From an uncultured Phycisphaerales bacterium (GTDB lineage Bacteria > Planctomycetota > Phycisphaerae > Tepidisphaerales > Tepidisphaeraceae), in NCBI GenBank assembly GCA_963755915.1, contig CAVWLP010000003.1, positions 1 to 64,000 of the forward strand: 64,000 bases of DNA, read 5' to 3'. Position numbers and translations under genes: made by a program. Below, piece by piece: positions 20,727 through 30,870 of this stretch; positions within the stretch are counted from its first letter, which is position 1; each line of letters opens with the position of its first letter. The notes under the pieces are model-generated. The model was not told the DNA's origin, made no database searches, and worked only from the letters and a program-made list of their open reading frames with translations.

Positions 20727-21935
20727 ATGTCATCCGCTTTCCGCTTCCAGGACATCTTCGTGCGAGGGGTCCAAGACCCTTATCCTTTTTATCACTGGCT
20801 TCGCGCCGAGACGCCTGTCTACTGGAACGCCGAGATCGTACCGGCCTGGTTCATCTCCCGCTACGATGATGTGGTGGCCATCACCGAAAATAATCGGCAG
20901 TTCGGCAGCCGGAGAGGGATTGAATCAGCCCTCCAACAGGAGCGGGACGGTTGTTTCTGGCACACCCAAGCCGCGGGGGCCGTCTTCACCGATGGGGCAA
21001 TCCACAGCCGAGCGCGTGGCCTGTTGGATCAGTCGTGGCCCTCCCAGCACATCGCACAGATGCGTGGCCGCATTTTGGAACTCGCAAATAGCCTCCTCGA
21101 TCGGGTCCGGGGGGCCGGGACGATGGAAATCGTAACCGAATTTGCCGAACCCCTCTCTTATACTGTCTTCAGAGAGTTCCTGGGGGCTGCCGATCTGGAT
21201 TTGCCCACGCTCATTCGATGGGCCATCGCCATTCATGCCGCCTACGACCCCCTCGGAGGGCCTGATGAAGCCGCAAGCGCCCAGCAAGTCTGCCGCGAGG
21301 TGTCAGCCTACTTCCGCGACTTGATCGGCCGGCGCCGCAAGAGTCCGAGAATCGACTTCCTGAGCTGCATGGTCGCAGCCGAGTACGGCGGCACTCCGTT
21401 TACCGACGAAGAGATTCTCGGCAACCTGATTCAGATCATAGCCGGTCCGGACTCCCTGATGATGCTAATCAGCAACGCGGTGCTCGCCCTGCTTCGCCAC
21501 CCCGACCAACTCGCCTTGCTGAAGAAGGACCCCGCGTTGATTGGGGGTGCCGTCGAGGAATGCTTGCGGTACGACTCTCTGACCCTGGGGTTCCCGCGCG
21601 TGGCGACGGAAGACGTCAACGTGCGCGGCCAGTTGATCCGCAAAGGCCAGCACGTGTTTCCTCTCTTGCGCTCCGCCAACCGCGACCCGGTCCGATTCCC
21701 GGACCCCGACCACCTGGACATTACGCGCCAGGACCTCGGGCAGTTATCCTTTGGCCACGGCGTCCACTACTGCCTCGGCGCGCCTCTGGCTCGACTGCTG
21801 GCGCAGATCGGCGTTGGTACGCTGGTGCGACGATTGTCCGGGCTCCGACTCGCCGCCCATACGCTGGAATATCGCAAGCATTTCAACTTCCGTGCCCTGC
21901 TGGCCCTGCCGATCAGTTTCCAGCCTGCGTCGTAA
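20727..21935 (+). CDS. Cytochrome P450
   Basis: DPYPFY, EECLRYD (ExxR), ANRDP..FPDP, heme motif FGHGVHYCLG. Confidence 0.95.
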   Translation: MSSAFRFQDIFVRGVQDPYPFYHWLRAETPVYWNAEIVPAWFISRYDDVVAITENNRQFGSRRGIESALQQERDGCFWHTQAAGAVFTDGAIHSRARGLLDQSWPSQHIAQMRGRILELANSLLDRVRGAGTMEIVTEFAEPLSYTVFREFLGAADLDLPTLIRWAIAIHAAYDPLGGPDEAASAQQVCREVSAYFRDLIGRRRKSPRIDFLSCMVAAEYGGTPFTDEEILGNLIQIIAGPDSLMMLISNAVLALLRHPDQLALLKKDPALIGGAVEECLRYDSLTLGFPRVATEDVNVRGQLIRKGQHVFPLLRSANRDPVRFPDPDHLDITRQDLGQLSFGHGVHYCLGAPLARLLAQIGVGTLVRRLSGLRLAAHTLEYRKHFNFRALLALPISFQPAS

Positions 21936-22003
21936 TCGTTCTCGGGAGATCGACCTTCGTGCATTGAGGACAGCCATGATCGATCACATGCGACGTGACG
22001 CCA

Positions 22004-22088
22004 CATTACAACCGGCCACTTTGCGGCCTGGGAACGGCCGCAACTTCTTTCAGAAGATGTTCGCGCGGGCTTCAGATCGTTACGGTAG
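22004..22088 (+). pseudogene. 3'-terminal remnant of a second epoxide hydrolase gene
   Basis: Encodes GHFAAWERPQLLSEDVRAGFRSLR*, matching 20466-20564. Confidence 0.8.
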
Positions 22089-22231
22089 GTTTCTTCACAA
22101 GAGAGCGGGAAAAGAACGAGCTTGCGTTCCCAGTGTTAAGCGACATCGGCAACACGCTTGCTCGCAAGTTTGGAATTGTGTTTGAGCTGGCTGGTGACGA
22201 GCTCGAAACTAAAAAACTCACGGAAGGAAGT

Positions 22232-23758
22232 ATGAAAACATCAACCTCAACAGAAGAATGCGATCTGCTCGTGCTGGGCAGCGGTGGTGGCGGCAAAGTT
22301 CTTGCCGGTGCCCTCGCACAAAAGGGACAACGCGCGGTTGTGGTCGAGCGCAAATGGGTGGGCGGTTCGTGCCCGAACATCGCGTGCCTGCCCAGCAAGA
22401 ACATCATCCACAGCGCCAAGGTTGCTTCGTTCTTTTATCGCAGCAACGAATTCGGCATCAGCAAAGAGAATGTTCACATCGACATGGCGGCCGTGCGTGA
22501 ACGTAAGCGCAAGATGGTGGTGAACGTTGTCGACATTTTTCGCGACACTTTCTACACGAAGACCGGCGCGGAACTGGTGATGGGCACAGGACGCTTCATT
22601 GGCCCGAAAACCATCGAAGTTGCCTTGAACGACGGCGGGACACGCACATTCCGCGGCAAAATTGTAGTCCTCAACACCGGCTCGCGCGCCACGATTGATC
22701 CAATTCCGGGATTGGCCGAGGCGAATCCGCTCACCCACATCGAGGCCCTGGAACTGGATCACATCCCGAAACATCTCCTGGTTCTGGGCGCTGGGTATGT
22801 CGGACTCGAACTTGCCCAGGCCTTCCGCCGTTTCGGCGCCGAGGTCACGCTGATCGACCGCAACGGCCGCCTCGCGCACAACGAAGACGAAGATACCTCG
22901 CAGGGACTGGAAGAAATGTGCCGGGATGAAGGCATCACGGTCGTGACGAACGCAAAAATAACCCGCGTCGAGGGCAACTCCGGCGAGTGGATCAGGCTGC
23001 TGGGCCGGCGCGACGGAGCCGAACTTACCCTGGAAGGCACGCACCTGCTGGTGGCCGCGGGACGTACTCCAAATACCAGCGGCATCGGCCTGGACAAGGC
23101 GGGAGTGGAGACGACGGCGCGAGGCCATGTGAAGGTGAACGAGCGTTTGCAGACGACCGCCGAGGGTGTTTGGGCCATCGGAGATTGCGCCGGAAGCCCG
23201 CATTTCACGCATATCTCATTCGATGATTTCAAGGTTGTGAGTGAAAACATCGCCGGGGGCAATCGCGTGACGACGGGCCGGCAGGTTCCGTTCTGCATAT
23301 TCACCGACCCGGAGTTGGCGCGGATCGGACTCAGCGAAACGGAGGCGAAAGAGCGCGGCATTCCGTATCGCGTCGCCAAGTTGCCCATGGCAGCCGTCCT
23401 TCGCACCATGACGATTTCTGAAACGCGCGGATTCATGAAGGCGCTAGTCGATACGGAAAGCGACCGCATCCTCGGATTCACCATGTTTGGCGCCGGGGCT
23501 GGAGAGCTCATGACAGCCGTGCAGATTATGATGCTTGCTGGATTGCCTTACACCCTGGTACGCGACGCGGTCATCGCTCATCCCACTATGGCGGAAGGGT
23601 TAAGTTCGCTTTTTGGCAACGTCCCTCCCATTTCCGCGCATCCGCCAAACGTACGAGGTAATGCCGAAGGCTCGTCACCCGAGATTCAGTTAAACACGGC
23701 CGCTTTGGAACAAGTTGGAAAAAGGCGCAGGGCAGATCCGCTTTCGTCTATTTCGTAG
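22232..23758 (+). CDS. Class I pyridine nucleotide-disulfide oxidoreductase (RclA/MerA/Lpd-like)
   Basis: GSGGGG, GGSCPNIACLPSK, GAGYVGLE, WAIGD, HPTMAEG; no C-terminal CC of MerA. Confidence 0.9.
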   Translation: MKTSTSTEECDLLVLGSGGGGKVLAGALAQKGQRAVVVERKWVGGSCPNIACLPSKNIIHSAKVASFFYRSNEFGISKENVHIDMAAVRERKRKMVVNVVDIFRDTFYTKTGAELVMGTGRFIGPKTIEVALNDGGTRTFRGKIVVLNTGSRATIDPIPGLAEANPLTHIEALELDHIPKHLLVLGAGYVGLELAQAFRRFGAEVTLIDRNGRLAHNEDEDTSQGLEEMCRDEGITVVTNAKITRVEGNSGEWIRLLGRRDGAELTLEGTHLLVAAGRTPNTSGIGLDKAGVETTARGHVKVNERLQTTAEGVWAIGDCAGSPHFTHISFDDFKVVSENIAGGNRVTTGRQVPFCIFTDPELARIGLSETEAKERGIPYRVAKLPMAAVLRTMTISETRGFMKALVDTESDRILGFTMFGAGAGELMTAVQIMMLAGLPYTLVRDAVIAHPTMAEGLSSLFGNVPPISAHPPNVRGNAEGSSPEIQLNTAALEQVGKRRRADPLSSIS

Positions 23759-23800
23759 GACAGTCATCATAGTTGATGGGCCCGTCATCAAGGAGTAATC

Positions 23801-24583
23801 ATGAAACTCACAGGCAAGAAGGCGCTCATCACCGGCGGAAACAGCGGCATCGGCCTGGCCACTGCCCGCCTTTTTGTTGCAGAGGGCGCACAAGTCGCGA
23901 TTACCGGGCGGGACCAGAAGACGCTAGATGAAGCAGTCGCCGAACTGGGACCCAACGCGCGCGGCTATCGCGCCGACGTTACCCTGGCGGACGACCGGAA
24001 GCGCCTCTTCGCGGATCTTGCCAAGGATTTCGGCAAGCTGGACATCGTCTTCGCCAATGCCGGCATCTCCGGCCAGACCCCTACCGGCTCGACCGACGAG
24101 GCGACTTTTGAGAATGTCATTCGTACCAACCTCAGTGCCGTTTTTTTCACGGTGAATTCAGCTGCCCCTTTGCTGAACGACAATGGCAGCATCATCTTTA
24201 ACGGATCGGTACACAACCATCTGGGCCAGGCCGGTGTGGCCGCCTATGCGGCCACGAAGGGCGGCGTTGTCTCCATGGCGCGTTCTATCGCCGCCGATCT
24301 TGCACCGCGCAACATTCGTGTGAACGTCGTGGCGCCAGGGGCGACGAAGACTCCTATTTGGAATCGCGGGCCACGCGCTTCTATGTCTGAAGATGAATCC
24401 ACCAAGCTGGCCAAAGCCATATCGTCCAGGATTCCACTGGGCCGCTGGGGTGAGCCGGAAGAGCTTGCCAAAGCCGTGCTTTTCCTTGCCTCAGATGACT
24501 CTTCCTACATCAACGCCATCGAGCTGATGGTCGATGGAGGCGCGACGGGCGCACCGTGGGGAGCCCCCATTGTTCACGAATAG
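23801..24583 (+). CDS. Short-chain dehydrogenase/reductase
   Basis: TGGNSGIG, ANAG, YAATK, IRVNVVAPG. Confidence 0.95.
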   Translation: MKLTGKKALITGGNSGIGLATARLFVAEGAQVAITGRDQKTLDEAVAELGPNARGYRADVTLADDRKRLFADLAKDFGKLDIVFANAGISGQTPTGSTDEATFENVIRTNLSAVFFTVNSAAPLLNDNGSIIFNGSVHNHLGQAGVAAYAATKGGVVSMARSIAADLAPRNIRVNVVAPGATKTPIWNRGPRASMSEDESTKLAKAISSRIPLGRWGEPEELAKAVLFLASDDSSYINAIELMVDGGATGAPWGAPIVHE

Positions 24584-24725
24584 CCTCGGAGCCCGTTTCG
24601 TTTTCGTGCAACAACAACCTCCGCACGCCTGAAACCGAAAACGGGACAGGTTCCCCTTTCCGAAGGGCTCATTCGGCTCCTCCTGGGGATTCCAGCGAAG
24701 GCACAAGCTGCCGACCGAGTGGGTT

Positions 24726-25241
24726 ATGAAACGTCGCCTTTGTCTTCGTGACGAGCTGTTGCTTGCGGTGCTTCCAACCGTAACCGTGCTATTGGTGCTT
24801 GGATTGGTCAAAGCACTAAGCACGCAACATCTGCTTTGTGCAACCCTCGCATCGAGCGCGATGCTTATCTACCTGGACCCAAGGCATAAGACAAACACAG
24901 TTCGTACGCTCGTCCTGGCACAGATGACGGCGGCACTTGTGGGATGGGCGTTGTGCTGGCTGTTTGGTCCTGGATACCTGGCGGCTGGCACGTCAATGAC
25001 GGTAACGATCCTGCTAATGATCGTGTTCGACGCCGTTCACCCGCCAGCCGCTTCCACCGCCTTGGCGTTTCCCCTTCGGCTGGGAGGGAACAATAGTCTG
25101 ATGATCTTCGGCTTAGCCGTCGGAATTACCGCCGTGCTCATTTTGTTGCAGCGAGCCGCCTTCTGGTTCCTTAACAGATGCTCTGCAGCAAACAAGTCGC
25201 TATCCCGGGCGTTCGATCTCTCCCATCGTTACGCTCAGTAG
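24726..25241 (+). CDS. HPP-family membrane protein
   Basis: LASSAMLIYLDP, AVHPPA; four hydrophobic segments. Confidence 0.85.
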   Translation: MKRRLCLRDELLLAVLPTVTVLLVLGLVKALSTQHLLCATLASSAMLIYLDPRHKTNTVRTLVLAQMTAALVGWALCWLFGPGYLAAGTSMTVTILLMIVFDAVHPPAASTALAFPLRLGGNNSLMIFGLAVGITAVLILLQRAAFWFLNRCSAANKSLSRAFDLSHRYAQ

Positions 25242-25284
25242 CCGTGGCGGGGACAACGGGTTTTTGAGATCGACTATCCGCAGA

Positions 25285-25528
25285 CACATCCGCCTCTACT
25301 GTGAATTCTTCGTCGGGCAGTTACCCCGGAGATTGACCTGAATTCTTGCCCCATTTCTTGCCCCATACGAATTGCAAAACATGGCAAATATGCGTACCAT
25401 GGAGCATCGCGAGCAGTGGACGTAAACCGCTGCTGTCGCTGCAAATAACGGCGGCATCTGGAACTTACGGTTTTGAGCGAATTACGCTCATAACCCGGAG
25501 GTCGAGGGTTCGAATCCCTCCCCCGCTA
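25285..25528 (+). repeat. Element right end/att, copy 1 (~244-bp imperfect direct repeat of 30572-30815)
   Basis: Collinear similarity from CACATCCGC to CCCCGCTA; tandem TGCCCCAT motifs (candidate arm sites). Confidence 0.95.
25486..25528 (+). other. 3' half of initiator tRNA-Met (att core), not a complete tRNA
   Basis: GCTCATAACCCGGAGGTC GAGGG TTCGAAT CCCTC CCCCGCTA: CAT anticodon loop, T arm and acceptor 3' strand; 5' half absent. Confidence 0.9.
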
Positions 25529-25541
25529 TTGGAAGTCATTT

Positions 25542-25570
25542 CAGGCCAGCCACTTATGGCTGGCCTGTTT
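25542..25570 (+). terminator. Hairpin/terminator after att core 1
   Basis: CAGGCCAGCCA-CTTA-TGGCTGGCCTG-TTT. Confidence 0.8.
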
Positions 25571-25720
25571 CATTACACTTCGTCGGGCACCACCCCGGAG
25601 GTCGGTCCAACTTATATGTTGTGTATTCAAAGGTGGTTGCGTTATCCCAATTTTGATTTGCCACCGTGCATGCCCCATAAAAGGCGCCACAACTGGTGCA
25701 AACATGCCATCCGCGCGGCG

Positions 25721-25888
25721 AAGTCCGTGGAAGCGCGTATGCTCAAAGCCGCACGTTTGCTTCACAAACCGCAGGTCGCGCTGATGCTCCGGGCGCAGGT
25801 GGATGATGGCGCGGTCTGATCCGATGGAGAAGCGAACGGCACGATTGAGCGGTTCCTTCATCCGGTTCTCCCGTATCAACTTCATCAC
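25721..25888 (-). pseudogene. GH39 beta-xylosidase N-terminal fragment
   Basis: FSIGSDRAIIHLRPEHQRDLRFVKQTCGFEHTRFHGL resembles the GH39 N-terminal pattern (xGSxx...LR...QL......GF.YIRFHG); similarity stops there. Confidence 0.6.
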
Positions 25889-26130
25889 GGCGAGATTGTA
25901 ATCATGACCACTCCATGCGATGGCTGCGAGAGGTCAAACTTGAAGACAAATGGCACGGCGCTTCGCCCCGACCGTAATTGAGAGACCAACTGATGACCAC
26001 CCAACGCGAATCTCGGCGAGCTTTCTTTATGTTCCGATCTTTTCAAATCCATTCGCTATTGAACAGTGAATCCGCACGCGAGACAATAGCCGCGGCGCTG
26101 GCGGATACGGTCGCAGAATTGGAGAAGCCA

Positions 26131-28920
26131 ATGGATTTTCGTCGTTTGAGCCGCTTGGCAATGATCGCCAGCTTGGCGATTACTGTGTGGGCATCGCTGT
26201 TAGAGGCAGCACCGTCGCAGCCCACTGAGACACGGACCATCGACAACTTTGAGCAGCTCGGCATCGATACCCCTGCCCCGCGTTTTGCGTGGGTAATTAG
26301 CGATCCGGTTCGCGGCGCTCTCCAATCCGCCTATCAAATCATCGTCGCGCCGAGCCAGGTGGCACTGGCAAGCGGAACTCATTCATTCTGGGATAGCGGC
26401 AAGGTTACTTCATCGCAGCAATATGGCGTGGAGTACGCCGGAGCCGCGCTTGAAAAGACGACAGAGTATTGGTGGAAAGTGCGCACGTGGGATGCACAGG
26501 GACAGGTTTCACCCTGGAGCGACGCCCGCTGCTTCGTCACATCGTTCTTTACACCCGGAGACTGGAACTCGGGAACTGTTTGGATCGGCAATCCGCAGGC
26601 CGCTTCAACCAAAGCTAATTCACTGTCACAATTTCGCAAAGAATTCCAGATAAACAAACCAATCAGCGCCGCTTATCTTTACATCTCCGGGTTAGGTCAA
26701 TTCGTGGCGTTCATCAATGGTGCGAAGGTCGGTGATCACATCATGGACCCGGCTTGGACCGATTATGACCAAACCGTCGACTATGTGACCTTTGACGTCA
26801 CATCGCTGGTGCGAGAGGGAGGCAACGCAATCGGAGTCATGCTGGCAAATGGATGGCTCGCGGACAGCAAGGATCAATTGAACACACGCAATTTCGGCCC
26901 GATGAGATTGATCGCTCAACTGCACCTGGTTTTCGCAGACGGGACGAGCAGCGACGTGGTCAGTGACTTGTCATGGAAAAGCAGCGCCAGCCCCCTGACG
27001 CACTCGGAAATCCACGGATCCGAGAATTACGATGTGCGGCTTGAACAACCAAGTTGGAGTGCGCCTGGATTCGACGACTCGAAATGGCTGAGCGCGGCCG
27101 CTGCGCAGCCGCCAGCTGGGCTCCTTGTCTCGCAGCGTTGTCCTCCGATGAAAGTACGCCAGGTATTCGCATCGCAGACGGTCACAAATCCCGCGTCGAA
27201 CGTTTATGTTTACGACTTTGGACAGAACATGAACGGGCAATATGAAATCACCGTCAAAGGAAACGCCGGCGCGACGGTAACGCTCCAGCCCGGGGAGCAT
27301 TTGGAAAGCAATGGGCGAGTGAATTCGGGTCGAGCAGGGCCATCGAGGTACACGCTCAAGGGAAGCGATTGGGAAATCTGGGGCCTGATGTTTAATGCGA
27401 CCGGATTTCGCTATCTAGAAGTCCAGGATGTAACGACGGACCCGCAGAACACCGCATTACCGCTCATTCAGAAAGCCACCGCGTATTTTGTATGCAGCGC
27501 CGCCCGCGACGTGGGATCATTTACCGCATCCGATTCTCGCTATGTGCAGATCTATGATCTTGCGGTGCGGACACTGCGAAGTAATTTAGAATCGATCCAC
27601 ACCGACGGCCCGAATTTCGAGCGACTGGGATGGCAGGAAGTGGTATGGACCACCCCTTCGTCAACGGTCTATTGCAACGACGTGCAGACGCTGTTTGCAA
27701 AAATCATGCGGGATGTCCGCGATGCGCAGCGTGTCAGCGGGCTCTGTCCGGACATTGCGCCCAACTGGTTCCATACCAAGGATACCCCGCCCGGCGACAA
27801 ATACGACGATGCACCGGCCTGGGGTTCATCGGCGATCATCTGTCCGTGGATCATGTTTCAAACTTACGGTGATGAACAAATTCTGTCTGAGAACTACGAT
27901 ACGATGAAAAAATATCTTGCCTACCTCAAAGGCAAAGAAATTAATGGCCTGATCACTTATGGATTAGGGGATTGGATGGCGCCGGCGGGAGATGATGTGC
28001 CGAATATGGAGGGTGCGGTTTACGTTTATGACACAGGTTTGATGCGAGACATCGCGTCGGCACTGGGCAAGATAGACGACTCATCTGCATACTCACAAGA
28101 CTACACGCGCGTGTGCGACGCATACAACCGAGCTTATTTTGATCCCAAATCAAAATCATATCGGCCGGTGAAACAGGCCAACGAGGCGATTCCGCTGGTA
28201 TTACGGATGGTTCCGGACCGCGATGTTGAATCTGTGCGGCAAGCCCTGGTTGATGACATCGCCCATCCGCAGGAGAACGGCTCGCCTGTCAGCTACGGCC
28301 GCCTCGGCGAGTTCGGGCCGGTTGTACCAGATCACATTTCCGCCGGTGATATCGCCACGAGCGCCGTCTGGCAGGCGCTGGGCGATGCCGGACGAGCCAC
28401 TCTTGTGCAAACCATGGTGATGCAGGAGACGCCCCCGAGCTACATGTACCTAATTAACCATGGGGCGACGACGATTTCCGAAAACTGGAACTACGAGAAG
28501 TCGCGCAGCCACAATCATGACATGTATGCTGGCATCCTCGCTTACCTGTATCGCAATGTTGGCGGCATATCGGCGATAAAACCGGGATACGAACTGATCC
28601 AGATCAAACCGTCGCCACCGCAGGGTTTGAAGAGCGCCTCGGTCACTTACAACTCAATCCGCGGCTTGATTGAGTCCTCATGGTCCGTCGACGGCACGAA
28701 ATTCACGTTGAAAGTTCGCATTCCCGCGAATGCGACGGCCATCGTGACCGTTCCCGCCCTCGACGCCAGTTCCGTTCGCGAAGGCGACCAGGCGGCCAAA
28801 GATGCGACAAGCGTCAAGTTCCTGCGATCCGAATCGTCGGCAGCCGTATTTGCCATTGGTTCGGGCGTCTATGTATTTCAGTCGAACGTCGCCGCGCCCA
28901 CGTCGGCTGCGACCCATTAG
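26131..28920 (+). CDS. GH78 alpha-L-rhamnosidase family protein, secreted
   Basis: Signal peptide, QSAYQI, WDSGKV, DFGQN, FRYLEV, TDGPNFERLGW, LGDW, GATTISENW, SHNHDM. Confidence 0.92.
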   Translation: MDFRRLSRLAMIASLAITVWASLLEAAPSQPTETRTIDNFEQLGIDTPAPRFAWVISDPVRGALQSAYQIIVAPSQVALASGTHSFWDSGKVTSSQQYGVEYAGAALEKTTEYWWKVRTWDAQGQVSPWSDARCFVTSFFTPGDWNSGTVWIGNPQAASTKANSLSQFRKEFQINKPISAAYLYISGLGQFVAFINGAKVGDHIMDPAWTDYDQTVDYVTFDVTSLVREGGNAIGVMLANGWLADSKDQLNTRNFGPMRLIAQLHLVFADGTSSDVVSDLSWKSSASPLTHSEIHGSENYDVRLEQPSWSAPGFDDSKWLSAAAAQPPAGLLVSQRCPPMKVRQVFASQTVTNPASNVYVYDFGQNMNGQYEITVKGNAGATVTLQPGEHLESNGRVNSGRAGPSRYTLKGSDWEIWGLMFNATGFRYLEVQDVTTDPQNTALPLIQKATAYFVCSAARDVGSFTASDSRYVQIYDLAVRTLRSNLESIHTDGPNFERLGWQEVVWTTPSSTVYCNDVQTLFAKIMRDVRDAQRVSGLCPDIAPNWFHTKDTPPGDKYDDAPAWGSSAIICPWIMFQTYGDEQILSENYDTMKKYLAYLKGKEINGLITYGLGDWMAPAGDDVPNMEGAVYVYDTGLMRDIASALGKIDDSSAYSQDYTRVCDAYNRAYFDPKSKSYRPVKQANEAIPLVLRMVPDRDVESVRQALVDDIAHPQENGSPVSYGRLGEFGPVVPDHISAGDIATSAVWQALGDAGRATLVQTMVMQETPPSYMYLINHGATTISENWNYEKSRSHNHDMYAGILAYLYRNVGGISAIKPGYELIQIKPSPPQGLKSASVTYNSIRGLIESSWSVDGTKFTLKVRIPANATAIVTVPALDASSVREGDQAAKDATSVKFLRSESSAAVFAIGSGVYVFQSNVAAPTSAATH

Positions 28921-29100
28921 AAACTTTTGCGGCTTTCGCAAACGATTTCACCGTGAAATCGCTGAGCCTTGCTCGATAGATCAAGAGACAGGTAGGAAGT
29001 TCAATTGCCAGCGCTCCGTTAGGGTCAATAAATCATCTGGCGACAGGATACGAGTTGAACTTTTCCTTTTCTTGCACGATAGCGGCGCCGTCGGGGAGGA

Positions 29101-30142
29101 CTATCGCACCAGCGTGAGCACCGCCGGTTGCCAGGGGAGTTGGTTGTAGGTAAGACCTGCCGCGTGGGGCCGAGACCCTGGTAGAGGAACTGCAAATTGG
29201 ATGGGTCGATGGTCTGCGTTTCGTCGGGATTGGTGCGAACCAGATCCCGCTGCTGATGTCGCTCGTCCAGGCGTTGCCGTCGCTGAAGGTGACGTTGGCC
29301 TTGCCGGCGAAGGGATTGCTCTCGCTCGCCGCCAGCGGGGTCCACGAACCCGCGAGATCGGTCGCGGTAAAGGATCGGAAATACCTTCCTGCGCGGCCCA
29401 TCGCCTCGACGAGCATGAGGTACTGGTTCGTCCCCTTCACCGTGTAGACCTGCACGGCCTCGAACAGGTTGGCCTTGGTGTCGGTCATGATGGTCGTCGG
29501 GTTGGTGAAGGTGCCCGGGAAGTCGCCGATCGGCATCGATGCCCGGTAGATGTTTCCGTTGTCATTCGCGAAGAAGAGATAGGCGGTCGTGCTGTTGCAG
29601 ATTACCGTTTCGTCGATTGCAGCTGTCCCCCGTAGAGATCGTGTGGGGCCGACCAGCCCGACGGGTTGGTGGGGTCGGTCGAGGTCAGGTAACTGAAAGG
29701 CCACGGGCCCCACTCGTACATGAGAACCCAGATCTTCTTCGGGGTGAAATAGATCAAGCGTCGGCGCAACGCCCCCTACAGGCATCGAGTACTGGGTGGC
29801 TGTGGCCATTTGCGACCAATCGGTGAAGGTCATCATGGCCCCGCCGTAGTTCCCTGCGTTGTTGACCCTCGACATATAGACAATGTACTGATTGTTGTAG
29901 ACCACGCAGCTGAAGTCCTTGAGCGAGACCCACCCGGACTTTGGCTGAGCAAGCGGGCCCGTCGACGTCCATTTGAAGGTCTTGGGCAGCGCAGACGGAG
30001 ATGAACTCGACGTCAGGTTGACCGCGATACTGGGCTGCGTGCTGGCGGGAACGGGATCGGCCGCGAAACAACCTGGTAATGAGCAGCAGATTGCTGAAAA
30101 ATATAGGAATGAAGCGGTCGTAAGAACGCCTTTTCCCCACAT
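29101..30142 (-). CDS. GH62 alpha-L-arabinofuranosidase (several frameshifts; start uncertain)
   Basis: FKWTSTGPLAQPKSGWVSLKDF, YLFFANDNG.IYRASMP, NLFEAVQVY, GRYFRSFTA, YNQLPWQPAVLTL. Confidence 0.92.
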
Positions 30143-30571
30143 TTTTGCAATAGGCTTCTGTCGGTGCGATTTAAGGGCTAACGATCTCATTCGGCATTCC
30201 ATTTGGTTTTCTTGACCACGACCGCCTTGAGCTTTTTCGTGATTTTGTTCCTGCCGGGAGCAACTGTCAAATGTTCTGGACGCCGCCGTCAGGGCTTGCA
30301 TGCTACGTCTCAATTGGAGTGAACGCGATTTCAATCCAGATTCGACTGGCTTTACATCCCTCCATTCAAGGGAAACTCTCAACAAAAGTTCAAATCACTA
30401 CACCCCCAACGATCCACACCTTGAAGGGCAAGGAGTATGGCATCGGTGATGGGATTTGAACTCGTGGTGTGATTGCTTAATTTCCGCAGATTCGGCACCG
30501 TGTTTCGCGGACGCCATCATGGAACAAAATTTTCGCAAATCGTACAAAGTATTTGCGTTTCCATCCTCAAC

Positions 30572-30815
30572 CACATCCGCTTTTGTGTGAACTCTTCGTC
30601 GGGCAGTTCCCTCCATAGATTGACGCGAATTTCTGCCCCATTTCTTGCCCCATACGAATTGAAAAACATGGCAAATATGCGTACCATGGAGCATCGCGAG
30701 CAGTGGACGTAAGCCACTGCTGTCGCCGCAAATAACGGAGTTATCTGGAACTTACGGTTTTGAGCTTAAAACGCTCATAACCCGGAGGTCGGAGGTTCGA
30801 ATCCTCCCCCCGCTA
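30572..30815 (+). repeat. Element right end/att, copy 2
   Basis: Direct repeat of 25285-25528. Confidence 0.95.
30773..30815 (+). other. 3' half of initiator tRNA-Met (att core), copy 2
   Basis: GCTCATAACCCGGAGGTC GGAGG TTCGAAT CCTCC CCCCGCTA; 5' half absent; integrase starts about 170 bp downstream. Confidence 0.9.
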
Positions 30816-30825
30816 CTTCCCTTAT

Positions 30826-30870
30826 TCAGGCAGAGCCAACAACTTATGTGGCTCTGCCTGATTTTATTTT
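30826..30870 (+). terminator. Hairpin/terminator after att core 2
   Basis: TCAGGCAGAGCCA ... TGGCTCTGCCTGA followed by TTTTATTTT. Confidence 0.85.

Larger units (their letters stand above)
1..25528. mobile_element. ICE segment with mating-pair genes and cargo, ending at att; left boundary outside the window
   Basis: trbC-trbI, AbiE, restriction/modification-type genes, terminal att repeat. Confidence 0.75.
25486..30815. mobile_element. Integrase-less mini-island bounded by two tRNA-Met att cores
   Basis: Direct-repeat tRNA fragments at both ends, conserved right arm, only glycoside hydrolase cargo. Confidence 0.7.

Noticed and set aside
22232-23758. Mercuric reductase merA
   Set aside because: No C-terminal Cys-Cys, no NmerA domain and no mer operon genes.
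25486-30815. Two complete tRNA-Met genes
   Set aside because: Only the 3' halves are present; the upstream sequence cannot form the D arm or acceptor 5' strand.
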